A model generated the notes under the pieces. It ran no database searches, was not told the origin of the DNA, and saw only the letters and a list, made by a program, of their open reading frames with translations. The position numbers were made by a program, and so were the translations under genes. A stretch of 47,151 nt of DNA from Phoronis australis (Eukaryota; Animalia; Phoronida): the NCBI GenBank assembly GCA_002633005.1, contig NMRA01000180.1:323699-370849 (forward strand). Reading direction: 5' to 3'. The number at the start of each line of letters is the position of its first letter. The stretch's first letter is position 1. Shown here piece by piece: positions 23,058 through 35,985 of this stretch.

Positions 23058-25799
23058 TCTTCTGTCCAGTTAACTGACATTGAGCTCTAAAACGAGGTTA
23101 TGCTTTGGACGTAAAAATTAGGTGTTTTAATTTTAAAATTTAACTTGGTCGAGATTGATATTTGAAGATAACACATGAAATAGACGTAATTATTAAAACC
23201 AAGAAAGCAGAACAGATGGTCATATAATTTTTATTTTCAATTGCGAGCCTGGTTTTTTATCGTAATCAAATATATATTTAATAACATCAAGTATTATTTC
23301 AGATCAATGACAAATCAACTGTTAGTCCCGGTAGTGCCAACCTCACCAGGACCTAGGCTATGCTTGAAGCTAATAGGCCTACTCTTGATCAACAAATGAA
23401 CCAGATGTGACTAATTGCACATGACAGCAAAATGCTATGAGCCATCACTGTCGAATATATCTTCAACTCGTCAACAATACGACCAGATGACCTTGTTCGT
23501 GTAGAAAGCATTTTTATCAAGAATTTATTAGAACCCTGCATTCAGCATGATACCTAATCAGTAACACTACGATCGCCGCAATTTGGTCATGTTTACTTTT
23601 CATGTTTCGAACCTAGTTTTCCGGAAAAAATCTTATATCCTTTCGTCAGACAATTCTTTGGTGCAGTGACTTGTTCTTTAACTGTATTTTTCTACGTCTC
23701 TGTGGTTAATTATTGACACATTTTTTAAGATTTTATATTCAGGTTCGACTCCAAAGACCGGCCATTTAACTCACGCAATGTATATAATATTTCCGCTTTG
23801 TTTATCGCAATGAGCCTCGCTTTGGATTTTAATGTCCACCGCAAGCTCCACCCTTATGCGAAAAGTCACGTGATACCCGACATTCGAACGAGATGTCAGA
23901 GGCAAACTTGCACCATTAAGACATTTAAATTAGGCCTACCTTCTTATGAACTTGGCATTTTTTGTAGTTTCATTCCATAAAAGTAGCTTTCATTTAATTT
24001 TGAAGGTAGCATGGATCACCAAGTCGTGGTATGGTTACAAAAGATTACAAGTCTGGTGTGGTAGTTGCATAGGGTATTTACAAAAATAACTCAAATTCTT
24101 TTTTAAAGCTTCATAAATCCAAGTATCATGTTTGAACCACTCCAAAATGAGCTCTCTCTAACTCTACAGACATAGTGTATACTAGAGGTACACGTCAAAA
24201 AGTAATTCAACAGTTTTTTTTAGTGACAACAGCTCGACCAAGGCTTTGAGTTCCGGCAGTAATCCAGTGCCCTTCCCTATGCCGATCGAATCTCTGAATT
24301 TTGACCGCGAGAGAAGTTCAGTTGAACGCCAGCTTACGGTTTATGAATAACAAAACTGTACCTCTGATACGAAACAAAATAATGTCCATTAGGTTGAAAT
24401 AATGTCATTGAAAACAACAATTTCCGGGGACTACCGCTAGAGTGCTGAGATCCAGCAGGTGCCGAGACAAAGGCGGCCAGACGTAGCCAACTCGGGAGTC
24501 AAAATCTGAGATAGCCCTGCACCATAGCCACCAAGCTGAAAAGTGCGTATCTTGGAACTAATATATTTGTGTTTATTATACCCTTCGAGTTATCAATTCA
24601 AGCAACATCGCTAAGTTCAGCTGCTCGTGTGGCCGTACAGTGTGATCCATAGTTTACGCTTTTCAACATCATTTTTTGGCTTAGGACATGCCAGAAATGA
24701 CGGGATATTATTCTGGAGCAGCATAACGGCTGTCGGTGCTACACACGTCATATCAACACCGTTTCCCCATTCTTAGCGGACAATTTCTTGAGCTATAGAC
24801 TAAAGTAAGTTTTACTCGACTGCCTGTGGTTTGTCGGGTAAAATGGCGGCTTGGAAACGCAGACGAAGGTGTGCCAAGAATGCTGCGTTCTGATTGGTCA
24901 ATTTAGCCGTCCGTCATAATCCTGGCGATAGGTCAGTTGCCAGTGGGTCTATAAACGTACATACTTGACATTAATATTTTCTTAATGCTGTAGTCCCGTG
25001 ATTCCAAAAGTACTACTTGTACCGATCGGTCCCTGCTTATTCGTAAATTCAGAGTTTTTCCGAGGTATGCATTTCCAACGCGAATTTAGTGAGGCGGCCA
25101 TTTTTAAATGTGCGAACATAGACTTATTAATACTATAGACCGGGAGCAGGCGCTCGTGCAGCTGACAACTTGACGCCATATTGGAGAGTGCTGCTAGTCA
25201 CGTGCCACAGCCAATTGCCCTGTAAACGAACGGGGTAAATTGTACTTTTCAAAGCGCGATATCTAACAAATAAAGATGCCGAAGAGTGTAATTTTTTCCA
25301 GAAACATATAAAAACATGTGATGTAGCACTTGCATGCGTTTTTAAGAGTTAATCAGTCGATAGGAAAAATATCAAACTAATAGAAGATCGCAACCAGTGG
25401 CAGAATCTCGAGTGGCCTGAGCGGCTACCGGGCTGTCAATCCACTGCGAGCGTTTTATTTTTCTTTTTTTCAAGAGAAGCCAGTAAGATCGCGCAAATTT
25501 ATCATTTAATTCGTGTCACTCGATGCAAATCCAGACGACTTGACTTTTAATGGGGTCTAAATTTAAAGTGTACACATGACTCTAGTACCTCAAAATAATT
25601 TTTATTATTATATCTTACTTGATTTCAATGCCTTTAGTGCACAGCTCATAAAGAAACACGCAAAAATTGACAAAATAATAATTATGTACAACGTCATGGG
25701 TTGAACCCAAGTCGTTCGCCATACCGTTCGGATCAGAGACAAAGTGCATAGAGTGAAGAGAAAGCAAAGTACAGCGTCGAGAAGGTTCGTAGTAGAGGG

Positions 25800-26039
25800 A
25801 TGAAAAGATGTGTTTCCGGAGGCTGCAGCAACAGCAGCCAGGCGGAGAACGTCTCGGTGTTCCGAAAGAAAACCAAAGTTGCGCAGAAGTGGCATCACTT
25901 CGTGCGCCGAACGAGAGTGTGGGACGTCATCGTGGACCAAGCGATTCGGTCCGGGGCCACTCTGTGTTCTGCCCACTTTGAGGACTCGTGTTTCGACTCC
26001 AGTCACACGAGACGTTACGATGAAGGACTGGTTCAATAA
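25800..26039 (+). pseudogene. THAP zinc-finger fragment, likely the N-terminus of a Kolobok-like transposase
   Basis: MKRCVSGGCSN...F....W..FV.RTR..W...LCSAHFEDSCF is the canonical THAP C2CH signature; truncated by a stop. Confidence 0.8.
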
Positions 26040-26052
26040 AGGACAATATTTA

Positions 26053-26310
26053 TCATTCAGAAACATCAGCTCTTAATTCAGGATCGTCTGTGATGACTGG
26101 ATTGACTCGCTGAGCCCGAGGCCGCTTCTCTCGCGGGAGGATCCAGTTCGTATAAGGCTCAAAGTAAAAGTACGCAGCCGGAAGCACGTTAAACTTGTTC
26201 TCGCTTTCGTGCAACCCCATTTCCTCATCCTGGCCACCATTCCCGTACGTTTCTTCATAGTATTTGTTCAATTCTTGCTCGTCGCTTTCAAATTCCCTGC
26301 TCTCCGCCAT
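26053..26310 (-). pseudogene. Acidic ORF convergent with the THAP ORF; possible N-terminus of a Kolobok accessory (KolX-like) protein
   Basis: Acidic N-terminus, YxFEP motif, ends ..ELRADVSE* where a W-C-x-C motif would be expected. Confidence 0.45.
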
Positions 26311-26434
26311 TGTTCAATGCTAGTCACTGATCTCTTGTGTTCAACCCATGACGTCACGTGGCGGCAAATGTGAAAATTGGCAAAATTGAAAGAAAAATCA
26401 AAATTTCGAGCTAATTACACAAAATAAATGTGGG

Positions 26435-26769
26435 CCCTTACAAAAATGAACTTAAGTTTTCATCGAAAAACTTAAGTTTTTGGTCTGAAAAACTTAAGTT
26501 TTCATTCCCGAAAACTTAAGTTTTACACCTGAAAAAACTTAAGTTTTCTGAAAAACTTAAGTTTTCTGAAAAACTTAACATTGTGCTGAAAAACTTAAGT
26601 TTTTGGCGAAAAACTTAAGTTTTAAAAACTTAAGTTTCTTTTAAAAACTTAAGTTTTTCGGAAGAACTTAAGTTTTTCCTCTAAAACTTAAGTTATTTTC
26701 CAAAAACTTAAGTTTTTTCGCCAAAAACTTAAGTTTTCAGCGAAAAACTTAAGTTCATTTTTGTAAGGG
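26435..26769. mobile_element. MITE built from about 15 tandem AAAACTTAAGTTTT palindromes (CACTA/EnSpm-like ends)
   Basis: 26-bp TIRs CCCTTACAAAAATGAACTTAAGTTTT / AAAACTTAAGTTCATTTTTGTAAGGG, flanked by GG on both sides. Confidence 0.8.
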
Positions 26770-28536
26770 GGTTTAGCTAAATTTTACGTCATACATTTAG
26801 TCTGTGGCCACCGGTAATTCAAAATGTGCAAAAATCCATGGTGTGTACTGTTTATGTGCACTACTGTGAAAAATGACCTCATTGGGGTCATATAAATAAA
26901 TGACCGGTTCATTAGGGCGTTCAGTAGCCAGCGGTTGTGAGCGTGTGATAACATCTAGTTCCTTTGTTAAATGCCGAGCATAGCCTTTTGTCTGGTAGGA
27001 CAACATGCAGATATAAATTATCTACCAGGCTTATAACCGATCACATGTGAACACGGCAAACGCAGTGCGTTGGTACGTTCGGACAGAATAGACTTCGATT
27101 ATCTTTGGGCGATTTTGGTGATTCAAGCTTGATCAGTATTTGATGGGCAATTCATAAGTGTCATTGAAATTAAAAAATGAAAACTTAACCTTTTGAAAGA
27201 ATTCAATCATATTCGTTGTGTTACCGACAGCGTACGTTGTACTTGTCAACTCTCCTGTTGTTGTTTTTTCCCGTCATTCTGCCACGTCATCAAAATGCCC
27301 CTTTTTGACCCACGGAGAAATTTACCTATAGGATCATATTCTATTGTGATTTAAATCGCGGCACAGCCTTATTTTGTCATTCAACTAAAACGAAAAGGCA
27401 AAGAGACGGAAAGTTTTATGGGTTTTTGGGCACCCGCAATTTCCCGTTCAACTATAACAAAAAAACACCCACCGACGCTTTTTTGTCTTAGGCCTACGGA
27501 CCTTCCGTTCGATATAAACTCTGTCAGGGCGTTTTTGTTTGTTGCGGCGATCATTTCACCATTGCGTTTGGCATAGACCCAGATGTCCGGCTTTTTATCC
27601 GGATGTCCCGCTTTTCAATCTAGTTGTCCCTTTTTCATTCTCGAACTTTGACAATCTTATGCAAAAGATTCTCTAAACATTGAATAATTTTAATTTCTTT
27701 AGTAACATAACTATTGTGAAAAATGTGTTCCAATGACTTTTGTTTACGGTAACATACACTACATGTAACAGTACAACTACTTTTTTACTAAATTTCTATG
27801 TAAAGTCCTTAAGTGCAACCAATGAGTTATCCACAGTATTTTTCAAAGATAGGCAATAGACGTATTCCCATTTTTATCAAACAGAAAACCATTATCTGTA
27901 AATTTAAGAAAGGTAGTTGAAGTCATTAGTTTATCACATTTTTGCAAATGTCATTGCATCCTGACTTTTACTGACGAATGTAGTCGTACCAAATGTCACT
28001 AAAGATCTAAAATCGAATTCGGAGTTTTACTCTCATAAAACTGATCTCACAATGTTTATCTCATTGGTACGAACCACTAAATTTTGTACATAGAGCAATG
28101 AAGTCAAGTTACCAACACACCTCCATAAATAAACGGTCATCAAGTCACTCTCATGGTGCGTTCTGTCCCCAATAGCCAGCAGCTTTCAGCATATTTGGCT
28201 GGTCAACCCAGCGGCCAACTGGGAGAATCGGCGAGTTGTAATAAAATGACAAAAAAACACTACAATTTCTTTACTTTATTGCTGTGATCAAATCTAATAT
28301 ATTCCAGGAGTCCATCCCATCCGTTTCTAGCCTCAAAATGATCTCTGAACGCGTGGGATTTGGCTCGGCGGTAGAGCGTACGGTTCGATTCTGCTCTACT
28401 ACTAATTTTTGGAAATTACTTTTTTCGACGAGAATAACCCTTTAGTTCCACAGGCAATGAACTATTTCTCCTTCCTTCCCATCACTCGACACTTGCACTT
28501 ATCGCAAAAGTTGGCATGTTGAAGGATTTCTTTTTT

Positions 28537-29324
28537 GTAAACATCCTTTAAATTATACTACACACTTTCTCGCAGCTGGTCCACCCAAAATAACATTTTA
28601 TAATCTGATAGATTCTGTGTAAATAGAGCCACTTGAGAACAGAAGTGCTTCTTTGATACCATCTAGACAGTTTCACCGTCTCAACTGGCCCCAGTAGAGA
28701 TGGTGGCCATCCCAAAGGCTCTGCCGGAAGTTTTTCGACGAATTATGCCTCACGTTGATTAAACCATCAAAGTCATGTTGCTATAAGTACCTTTCTGAAT
28801 GTAGAGGGACACCTTAGGAGGCTGTTGGAGCATTTAATTCCCTCCAACTTGAACAAATGCTTCGTAATCAAAATTTTCCTTTGAGCAGTCCTTCGTTCAG
28901 TTGCCCAAGTCGGCAACTGGTCATTTTTACATCTCTCGCGCCAGGAGATATGACCTCATGTCTCCAGACTGTTCAAAAAATTGGCTGTGGGAGTATCTAT
29001 TCGAGCTGAGAGGCGACAGCTTGCAAGGCCCGTGTGTGTGTGTGTTTGTGCGTGCGTGCTTGTGTGCAGGTGTGTTCTGGAAGCAAGTTGTCAAAACAAC
29101 TCAAAGCTTTACACCACTGAGCAGGTTGGGACCCATAGTTCAAAGCCGATAACAAATCCCAAGTTTCTTAATACATCTAGCCAAGTTGGAGTGGATTGGG
29201 ATATGAGAGTTATGAGTGTTCTGGGTCGTCAGTGTTATGATTTTCCCGTCATCATGTTGTAGGGGAAGAAGAGCCCTTTCCTTCTCAAGTTTGTAATTGA
29301 CTTTGTTCAACTTTCCCAAAAGCC
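28537..29324 (+). repeat. About 800-bp dispersed repeat, copy 2
   Basis: Colinear with 7097-7889. Confidence 0.9.
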
Positions 29325-30843
29325 ACATAGTTAACAAAGGAATCACTGTGTTACCCAATACAGACTTGCTTCTGAAGTGCGAACCTATTCTCAAACACCA
29401 AAAACTTTGTGTGGAAAAAATTAGATGGGGAATAACGAAGGAGTGCTAGAACCAGCATGGTCGTGTGGTTCTATCTTAGCCAACTCACTGACTGATCTCT
29501 TGCTGGCCGATATTTGTGAAGTGGACGACGGAGAAGAAAAACGACCTGTCTTCTAATCAAATAGTTTCCCGAGAGTGACGACAGCGTCCCAACATGGTGA
29601 AACTTATGGATCCGAAATCTCCTGATCTGTTCAGGTTTCTGTAATTTTTTATCAATGGTTATCCGTAAGAACATTTGAGACATTCTTTGGGATTTTATTA
29701 ACTGAAAAAATAACAATTAAAAATTGCACGCATTATCCGGTAGTGTCAATAGTGAATAGTCAATGCTAACTTGTAGTCTTGTACACATTAGATACAATTT
29801 ATTGCCTGGCCATCAAAATATAGTATAGATACTTACTTCATAGTCCGTGAGATATTACAAAATAAGGAAAGCTCGTCAATGGGCACTAATTCGCACAAAA
29901 AACATACGTGATACATTTTTTGTAGATACCAATTTTCAATTTTCCTTCAAAGAAAAGAAATAATACCATTTAGAAACTGATGTCCGGTGCCGCAACTTTA
30001 GTAGCTTGTACTGGTGAGATGTTCGTGAAAGGAAGAACAACATTGTCTCGAGACAGCGGAGAGTCCGCTTGGGTAGAGTTTCTTAGTCGTAAGAATGTCG
30101 CCAATGAAACTAATGCGATCGCGTGCTTTACTCGCAATACTTGACGATATCTCACGCACGAAGTTTTGCGAGTTCTTACTTTTCTCGCAAGAAACTCCAG
30201 GTTGGAACGCACGTCTGATTGCCATGATGTGGACTCGCCTCTTTTGACAATAGTCCTATGGCCTTTCGTCTTTGTATTCTTTTTTTCAATGGTAGCGGTC
30301 ATAGCTCCTTCGCTATAGGTGCGTTAGAATGAGTTAAACTTCATTACGTCAACGAGAGATCAGCTGTCTCACACCTGTCGCCCGATTGGTGCGAGTTCCC
30401 TATTTGGACTACTGGATTGTAAATGTCACAAGGTTTTTCAAATCAATCTTTGCTCTAAAAGGCACATATTGCCACGTGACATCAAAGTTGCAACAAAGGT
30501 TGTTTTCTGAACGTTGTTCAGTCTCTGTCGTGTTTCTCTAGACAAGTTCCTAGCAGACTGCTGCAAAAGTAGTAACAAGAACACCGAGACACCGTGGAAG
30601 ACCTATATATATTTGACAACATATCCTTATAGGTGGCGCTGTCAGAGAGATGTAAGCCAACGGGTAAGGCGGCTGGAACGTGGCTAGTTTCTCCGTACGC
30701 GCAGCTCTCACAGACTAGGTTGTTGGCGTTTGATCATATGTTACTGTTTAATTGCATGAAATTGACACACCTTCGACCGTAGATCCAGTGCTGATTCTGG
30801 TTACCTCACAATTATTATTCTTACGCGAAATACTGCAAACTCG

Positions 30844-31085
30844 TCAAATAATTTCACACAGCAGTAATGTTGCTTCGAGCACTACAAAGGAAAGGTATGA
30901 CATCGGAGAAACGCTGAATCCACTCGAATATATATCGTAAGATAAACTGTTGCAACCGTTTGTATAGCACACTGATTCACAAATTTCTTTGAAATGTCCA
31001 GGATTGTTCTTGTCCGGATGTCTGTCGCAATCATGTTCGTCTTTCATAGTAATCATACCGCAGTCCCTTGATAGTTTGAACAAAC
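30844..31085 (-). CDS. Ly6/uPAR (three-finger, quiver/sleepless-like) GPI-anchored protein, exon 3
   Basis: Acceptor ATTATTTCAG, phase 1; GLFKLSRDCG...CESVCYTNGCN (LU C-terminal CxxxxCN motif), then Ser-rich spacer and hydrophobic GPI-signal-like tail. Confidence 0.85.
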
Positions 31086-31929
31086 CTGAAATAATTTCCA
31101 AGTAAGACAGTGATTCTAACAAATCATTCTCAGGGAACTACAACTTGTGCAATAGTAATAAAAGTTGCTCAGATGCAATCCCATCGTAAATTGTCCTCGG
31201 TAATAGGATTGGTAAAATATGATTTTACAACAAAACCGTATTGTGGAAGACAGTGGTACACCACGTGATTATTTTCTAAACAAATTGTGATTTCTGTTTC
31301 AAGTAGAGGCTTTTAATTGAAGCAATGTTAAATCTATAGTGTTATTCGAAGCAAAACCAAGTCATGCTTAGTAGACCTTGAAATATTGATTTCATAAGTA
31401 GATATTTTTTATTAAAAAGAAAACTGTTAATCCAAAGCCACAATTACTCTACATCATGCCCTTACATGCACGCGTAAGCGCGCGTGAATGTGTTCACCTG
31501 CGTGCGCGATCAATATATTTCAGAACAAGTTATGTTAGTCATTGCCGTCTATGCGCACACTTCGGAAAATTCGCCAATGATAGAGATACAGCGTAAAGCA
31601 TTTTTTGTAAACGTTTTTAATCAAATGTTACGCATGTAGGCGCACGCGCCTAAGGTTTACTTGTAAGCACAGGCGGGTGCCACTTGTTGCCTGAAACTGA
31701 GTGCTTTTGTGTGTTTTTCATGCATTCTTACAACTTAAAATTCATCATGTAATGCAAATAGACCTATAACTACGCATAGATTTGATTAATAGACAACTTC
31801 GGTAACAAGTTACCTGATTGAACATAAACAAAATGAAAAGCAAAATTCAAAAATAGGTCTAAGCTACAGGGAAATAGCCTGACGATACAAACAAGCTAAC
31901 ATGCATCTATCTTTCACGTTTTTGCCTAC

Positions 31930-32100
31930 CTGTTCCGTTGTATTTCCTGCTAGTTACGCAGTTTTTAAAATCCTCGCTGTATTCCAGACACGTCCCACCG
32001 TCATTGTAACGAATACAAATTTTGCAGCTCACAGGTTCGGGTGGGTTGTTTAAGCAAGCCTTATCGTCGGGCCATGAGCATCTAATGCACGAGATGTGCT
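31930..32100 (-). CDS. Ly6/uPAR protein, exon 2
   Basis: Acceptor TTTTAAATGCAG, donor G|GTAGGC, phase 1/1; EHISCIRCSWPDDKACLNNPPEPVSCKICIRYNDGGTCLEYSEDFKNCVTSRKYNGT. Confidence 0.85.
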
Positions 32101-32937
32101 CTGCATTTAAAACTAAAAACCGAGAAAACCAGTTAATGCCATGTGTAGTCATTCTATTTGGATTAAAACTATAAAATTTCAATCCAAGGGCAGTTCAGTG
32201 GAAGTTGATGATATGTTCAAATGATGATCTTCCAAGGTGACGTCATGTGTTTCAAACTAAACATGGTTCTAATTAAATGTACACATTTTTTGAATTTCTG
32301 ATTGCCGGTGCACTACCAAAATAGCCGTCACAGTTGAAATAGCACTTGTGAAAATTGCAAGTAAACGCAAGTTCCCTGCAGGTCTATAGATTACAAGTTT
32401 CTTGTTTCAGTGATATCTTTTATACCAGCATAAACAAAATAAAGAGTGTCTTTAACAGCAACGATTGTGCAGATCATTATAAACATATGTATTCATAATA
32501 TTCAAGGACGAGAAACTCGTGGAATGATCACTCGCGCCTCCTGGTGGATTTCCAGCTGTCGAACCTGACGAATGAAAAGATGGTTACTCAATTATCTTCC
32601 TCTAAAATTTGTTATATTCCTTAGCCACATATTTCCACTACTAATTGTAAAATGAATGACGTGTAGACAAAACAACGCCCCCATTTTGTTAACACTTACA
32701 AACGTCCCAACTAATTACTTGAATACAGGGTATCTACGCAAGTAGTTATTGGCTTTGAACAACGGATATGAACCGATAAAGAAAATTTTCCTTCTTGCAA
32801 AGTATCTGAAATGCTAGTAAAAAAACTGGTTACTCAGTCAAAGAATGTCTCAAAACTTTCCGTACCACGATGGAAATAATTTTCTCCCCAACACATTCTT
32901 GGTTGCACTGACAAGCAAAGACGCGAGTGTCAAAAAA

Positions 32938-33094
32938 CCGGGGCGGATCCAGGATTTTGAGTTAGGGGGGGGACAGAGCAGAGTATTAGCCAGGATTTTA
33001 TACGTCAGGCATTCGCAGCCCCGAACTGTCGAATGGAATGTTGGAGAATTTTAGGAGGGCATGGCCCCCTTGGCCCCCTCTAAATCCGCCAGTG
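32938..33094 (+). mobile_element. hAT-like MITE (5-bp TSD family)
   Basis: Ends CCGGGGCGGATCC / AATCCGCCAGTG, flanks AAAAA/AAAAG; homologous to the other two copies. Confidence 0.85.
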
Positions 33095-33606
33095 AAAAGA
33101 AATCACATTTGAGACGAGGCTGGCCAACATTTCCAAAATTGGACCACTTTGTAATTATCGTAGTTGATGCCTCAATTCCTTTGATGACAGTGACTAATTA
33201 CTTTCAGGGCAAGGAAAATTTTGAAACAAATTTGTCGGGGTTAATCAGGTTAATTTCTTTCTCCGTGTTTGCGCAGCAAGAATGAAGGAAGTGTCACTTT
33301 GATTGGCTAAAATTGTAAATGGACTGAATGACGGGCGGACTTTAATATTTTGTTCTACAAAAAACAGATATCCCTCTTAGATGATCAGTTGATGTTATAA
33401 ATCTTTGCAAATGATATGAGGGGAGTATGCCTATTTTCTGCAGACACTGGGGCCTTTTGCAACTTGGCCTATGTCAGCCACAGTCTACCCGGGCATAGTC
33501 GAAAATGTTGAAACTGAGATACGAAAGTAAAAAATTTAAAAATGTGAAAATATGTGTGCACAGATTTGTTCACAGATCGCTGAAATTTTGCGTATAAATC
33601 ACAAAC

Positions 33607-33670
33607 CTGTTGCTAAGGTACACAGGAGGTAAGCTACGGCCGCCACGCAATTCCATGATCCGTTATCCAT
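33607..33670 (-). CDS. Ly6/uPAR protein, probable exon 1 (signal peptide)
   Basis: MDNGSWNCVAAVAYLLCTLAT with phase-1 donor CAG|GTTTGT, compatible with exon 2. Confidence 0.6.
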
Positions 33671-35834
33671 GGCAAACGACTGCAAAACTGATTTCGCAAA
33701 ACATGCGCAGACGGTAACTCAAACCTGTCGACTCCGCGGTGGGCCTCGGCAGCTGTTGGGAACACCCTGTCCGCCAAGTTAAGTTGTTGAATGTCACGCC
33801 GGAGTTAACATTTCCACTGCTAGCGCGGCGTGCGAAATGGCAGTAAATTCGGATCTACAATTAGAAAAGAAATACCTCCGGTAATTTATAAGTGGCCGAA
33901 CTGGCATTTCGGTCTTGTTTTTCTTGTTCCACTAAATTCCTTATGTAAATATCTACTTGTCGTGTCGCTAATTTGAGGGTATCAAAATTTAAAGTTTTGT
34001 TGATTTTTCTCTGCCAGACCTACAGGCGGTCCATAGTCGGCCTAAGTCATTAAGTGGTCTTGTGACGACTGCTTGACGTGTCTTAGACACAACGCTGAGA
34101 TATGAGTCTCCGAAACAGGGGTATCTGACAAATACAGCAAACGACATTATTCCATTTTCGAATGTTTTATCAAACGTCACATTCTGTAATCGGTGCGTTG
34201 CGTACTATTATATTTTCATTTTTTGAGCTCCTTCAAATCGCCTTCAGTCAGATTTAGACTATCGTTATCAAACTGTCCTCAATGTATTCTTTTCGTCAGG
34301 TTAACAATTGTTTCTGGGCTTATGAATCGACATCTCGCTATTACTTAAGACCACTCGTCGTACGTTGACATGATACGGTGGGATGTTATAAGCACAACAA
34401 CCCCAAAAATCAATTCCTATATGAGTAAATAACTTATGGTTATAAAACTAAAGTTGCATTTTATCTTGTTTCGTTGGTTGAGAAACGAAAATCCCCATTG
34501 GACCTTTTATTTTCATAAGAAGGCCTCGTGATATTACTTACCGTGATAGGATTCTGTTTCCGTTATCAACAACAACGTCGAAACCATCAGCTATTCAAGA
34601 AAATATTTCAGAGTTTGCTGGAGTTGGCCAGCTCTTAAATTTGAGAATTCGAAGATGGCGCATGTGCGCATTGCCTGTCACTTGAGTTGGCAGCGGATAT
34701 GGAATCCTGCCACGGTTAGAAATGTTATGAGGCTGGTTACATGACAGTAAAAGATCCAATTCGATTTTCGTGGTTTTTAACCAGCTCAACATGGCGAAAT
34801 TCAGCTTTAGATAACAAGTTGCTTTTAGAGATAATAAGCTGGGTTCGTATCACCTTCAGCGGTTTTGGCATTATCAAGATTTAATTCTTAATATTCACGA
34901 GTGTGGATATGTTTACGGCGAAATAGTATTTTGTCATTTACAAATTTGCGTGAGGATGACTGCAGTTGTTATCAAAATCTTAAAACCTAACATTCAAACT
35001 TTAAAATGTTATTAGAGTAATTTGTGGTTTTTGTTATGTTTTTCTGAGGGGGATAGTATATGTCATTTTCAGGTTTATGTAAAATGTTTATTTATACGAT
35101 TAGGTCGCCGGAATTGGTGATCGATGCTGATAATATAAACATCAAGACCATTTCGCTGAAATAACATTTGAAATTAGAAACGTGGGCAGTCTTTCTTGTC
35201 TTGTCATCGAAAAAGGTAGTCGCCATCACTTCGATGGAAAAGGTGTGCTTATGAACACGTCTATTTGCGACGGCCACGAAAACTGTTTTGTCGGAACTGA
35301 GCTTTCACCTACTTTTGGCCTGCTCACAAGACAGTAGANAAATGTACATTTTTCGCCGTTCATGTAGCTCTATGACTTCGAGACAGGTGGCCAGTACATG
35401 AACTCAAATAGTTTGAGATTCAGTGTTGGTTTACTGGCTGCGATGAGGCTCACATTTGCCAACTGGAAATAACCAGTAGTTAAGTTTACGAAAATGTGAG
35501 TCACTCTCTTTGGCTGCCGACTACCTTATATTAATTCAAGTACAAAGTACGTCCAACGATATTCATTCCAAAAGGTATTTTTGCTAGACAAAGTACCAAC
35601 TGAAGTCCAACAAGAATAGAGACCAGGGTAGAGTTCAATAACGCTAGCACCTACGCTAGGAATTCGCTAAAATCTAGCCAAAATGTCGTACTCTCAATCA
35701 AAATACACGGCAATATCTCATGTAATCTCGTGACGTCTTGCTTTTATAGTGAGGTTCTCAGATCGATTTTTTCACTGAGGTATTGGTTTAAAGCTGGTGT
35801 AGCCCCGCGTTCCATTAAAGAAGGTAACAAACAG

Positions 35835-35985
35835 CCTCCCGTTCAGTAACGCTAGGACCTCGCTGAAAAGCAAGACTTCGCGAGATTACGTGAGATATTG
35901 CCGTGCATTTCAAATACGAACACGTGACTTTGACTAGGTTTTAGCTAGGTCCTAGCGTAGGTCCTAGCGTCTACTGAACGCACGC
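35835..35985. mobile_element. PIF/Harbinger-type MITE, copy of 1717-1879
   Basis: Near-identical sequence with CAG/CTG flanks; related degenerate copies at about 35625-35760, 36010-36165, 30065-30217 and 43690-43820. Confidence 0.8.

Noticed and set aside
22583-23077. Four long ORFs in the track
   Set aside because: Artefacts of the N gap plus MITE sequence.
24795-25560. TAGAC..GTCTA-ended Academ-like MITEs
   Set aside because: TIR matches are only 5-6 bp, too short to support.
25608-26066. 152-aa minus-strand ORF
   Set aside because: Antisense to the THAP ORF, with no recognisable motifs.
26435-26769. CRISPR-like repeat/spacer array
   Set aside because: Spacers are only a few bases, the array is bounded by TIRs, there are no cas genes and the context is eukaryotic.
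28355-28400. tRNA gene (A/B-box-like TGGCTCGGCGGTAGAGC..GGTTCGATTC)
   Set aside because: Anticodon arm missing and no full cloverleaf; at best a tRNA-derived SINE relic. The same applies to about 40500-40575 on the minus strand.
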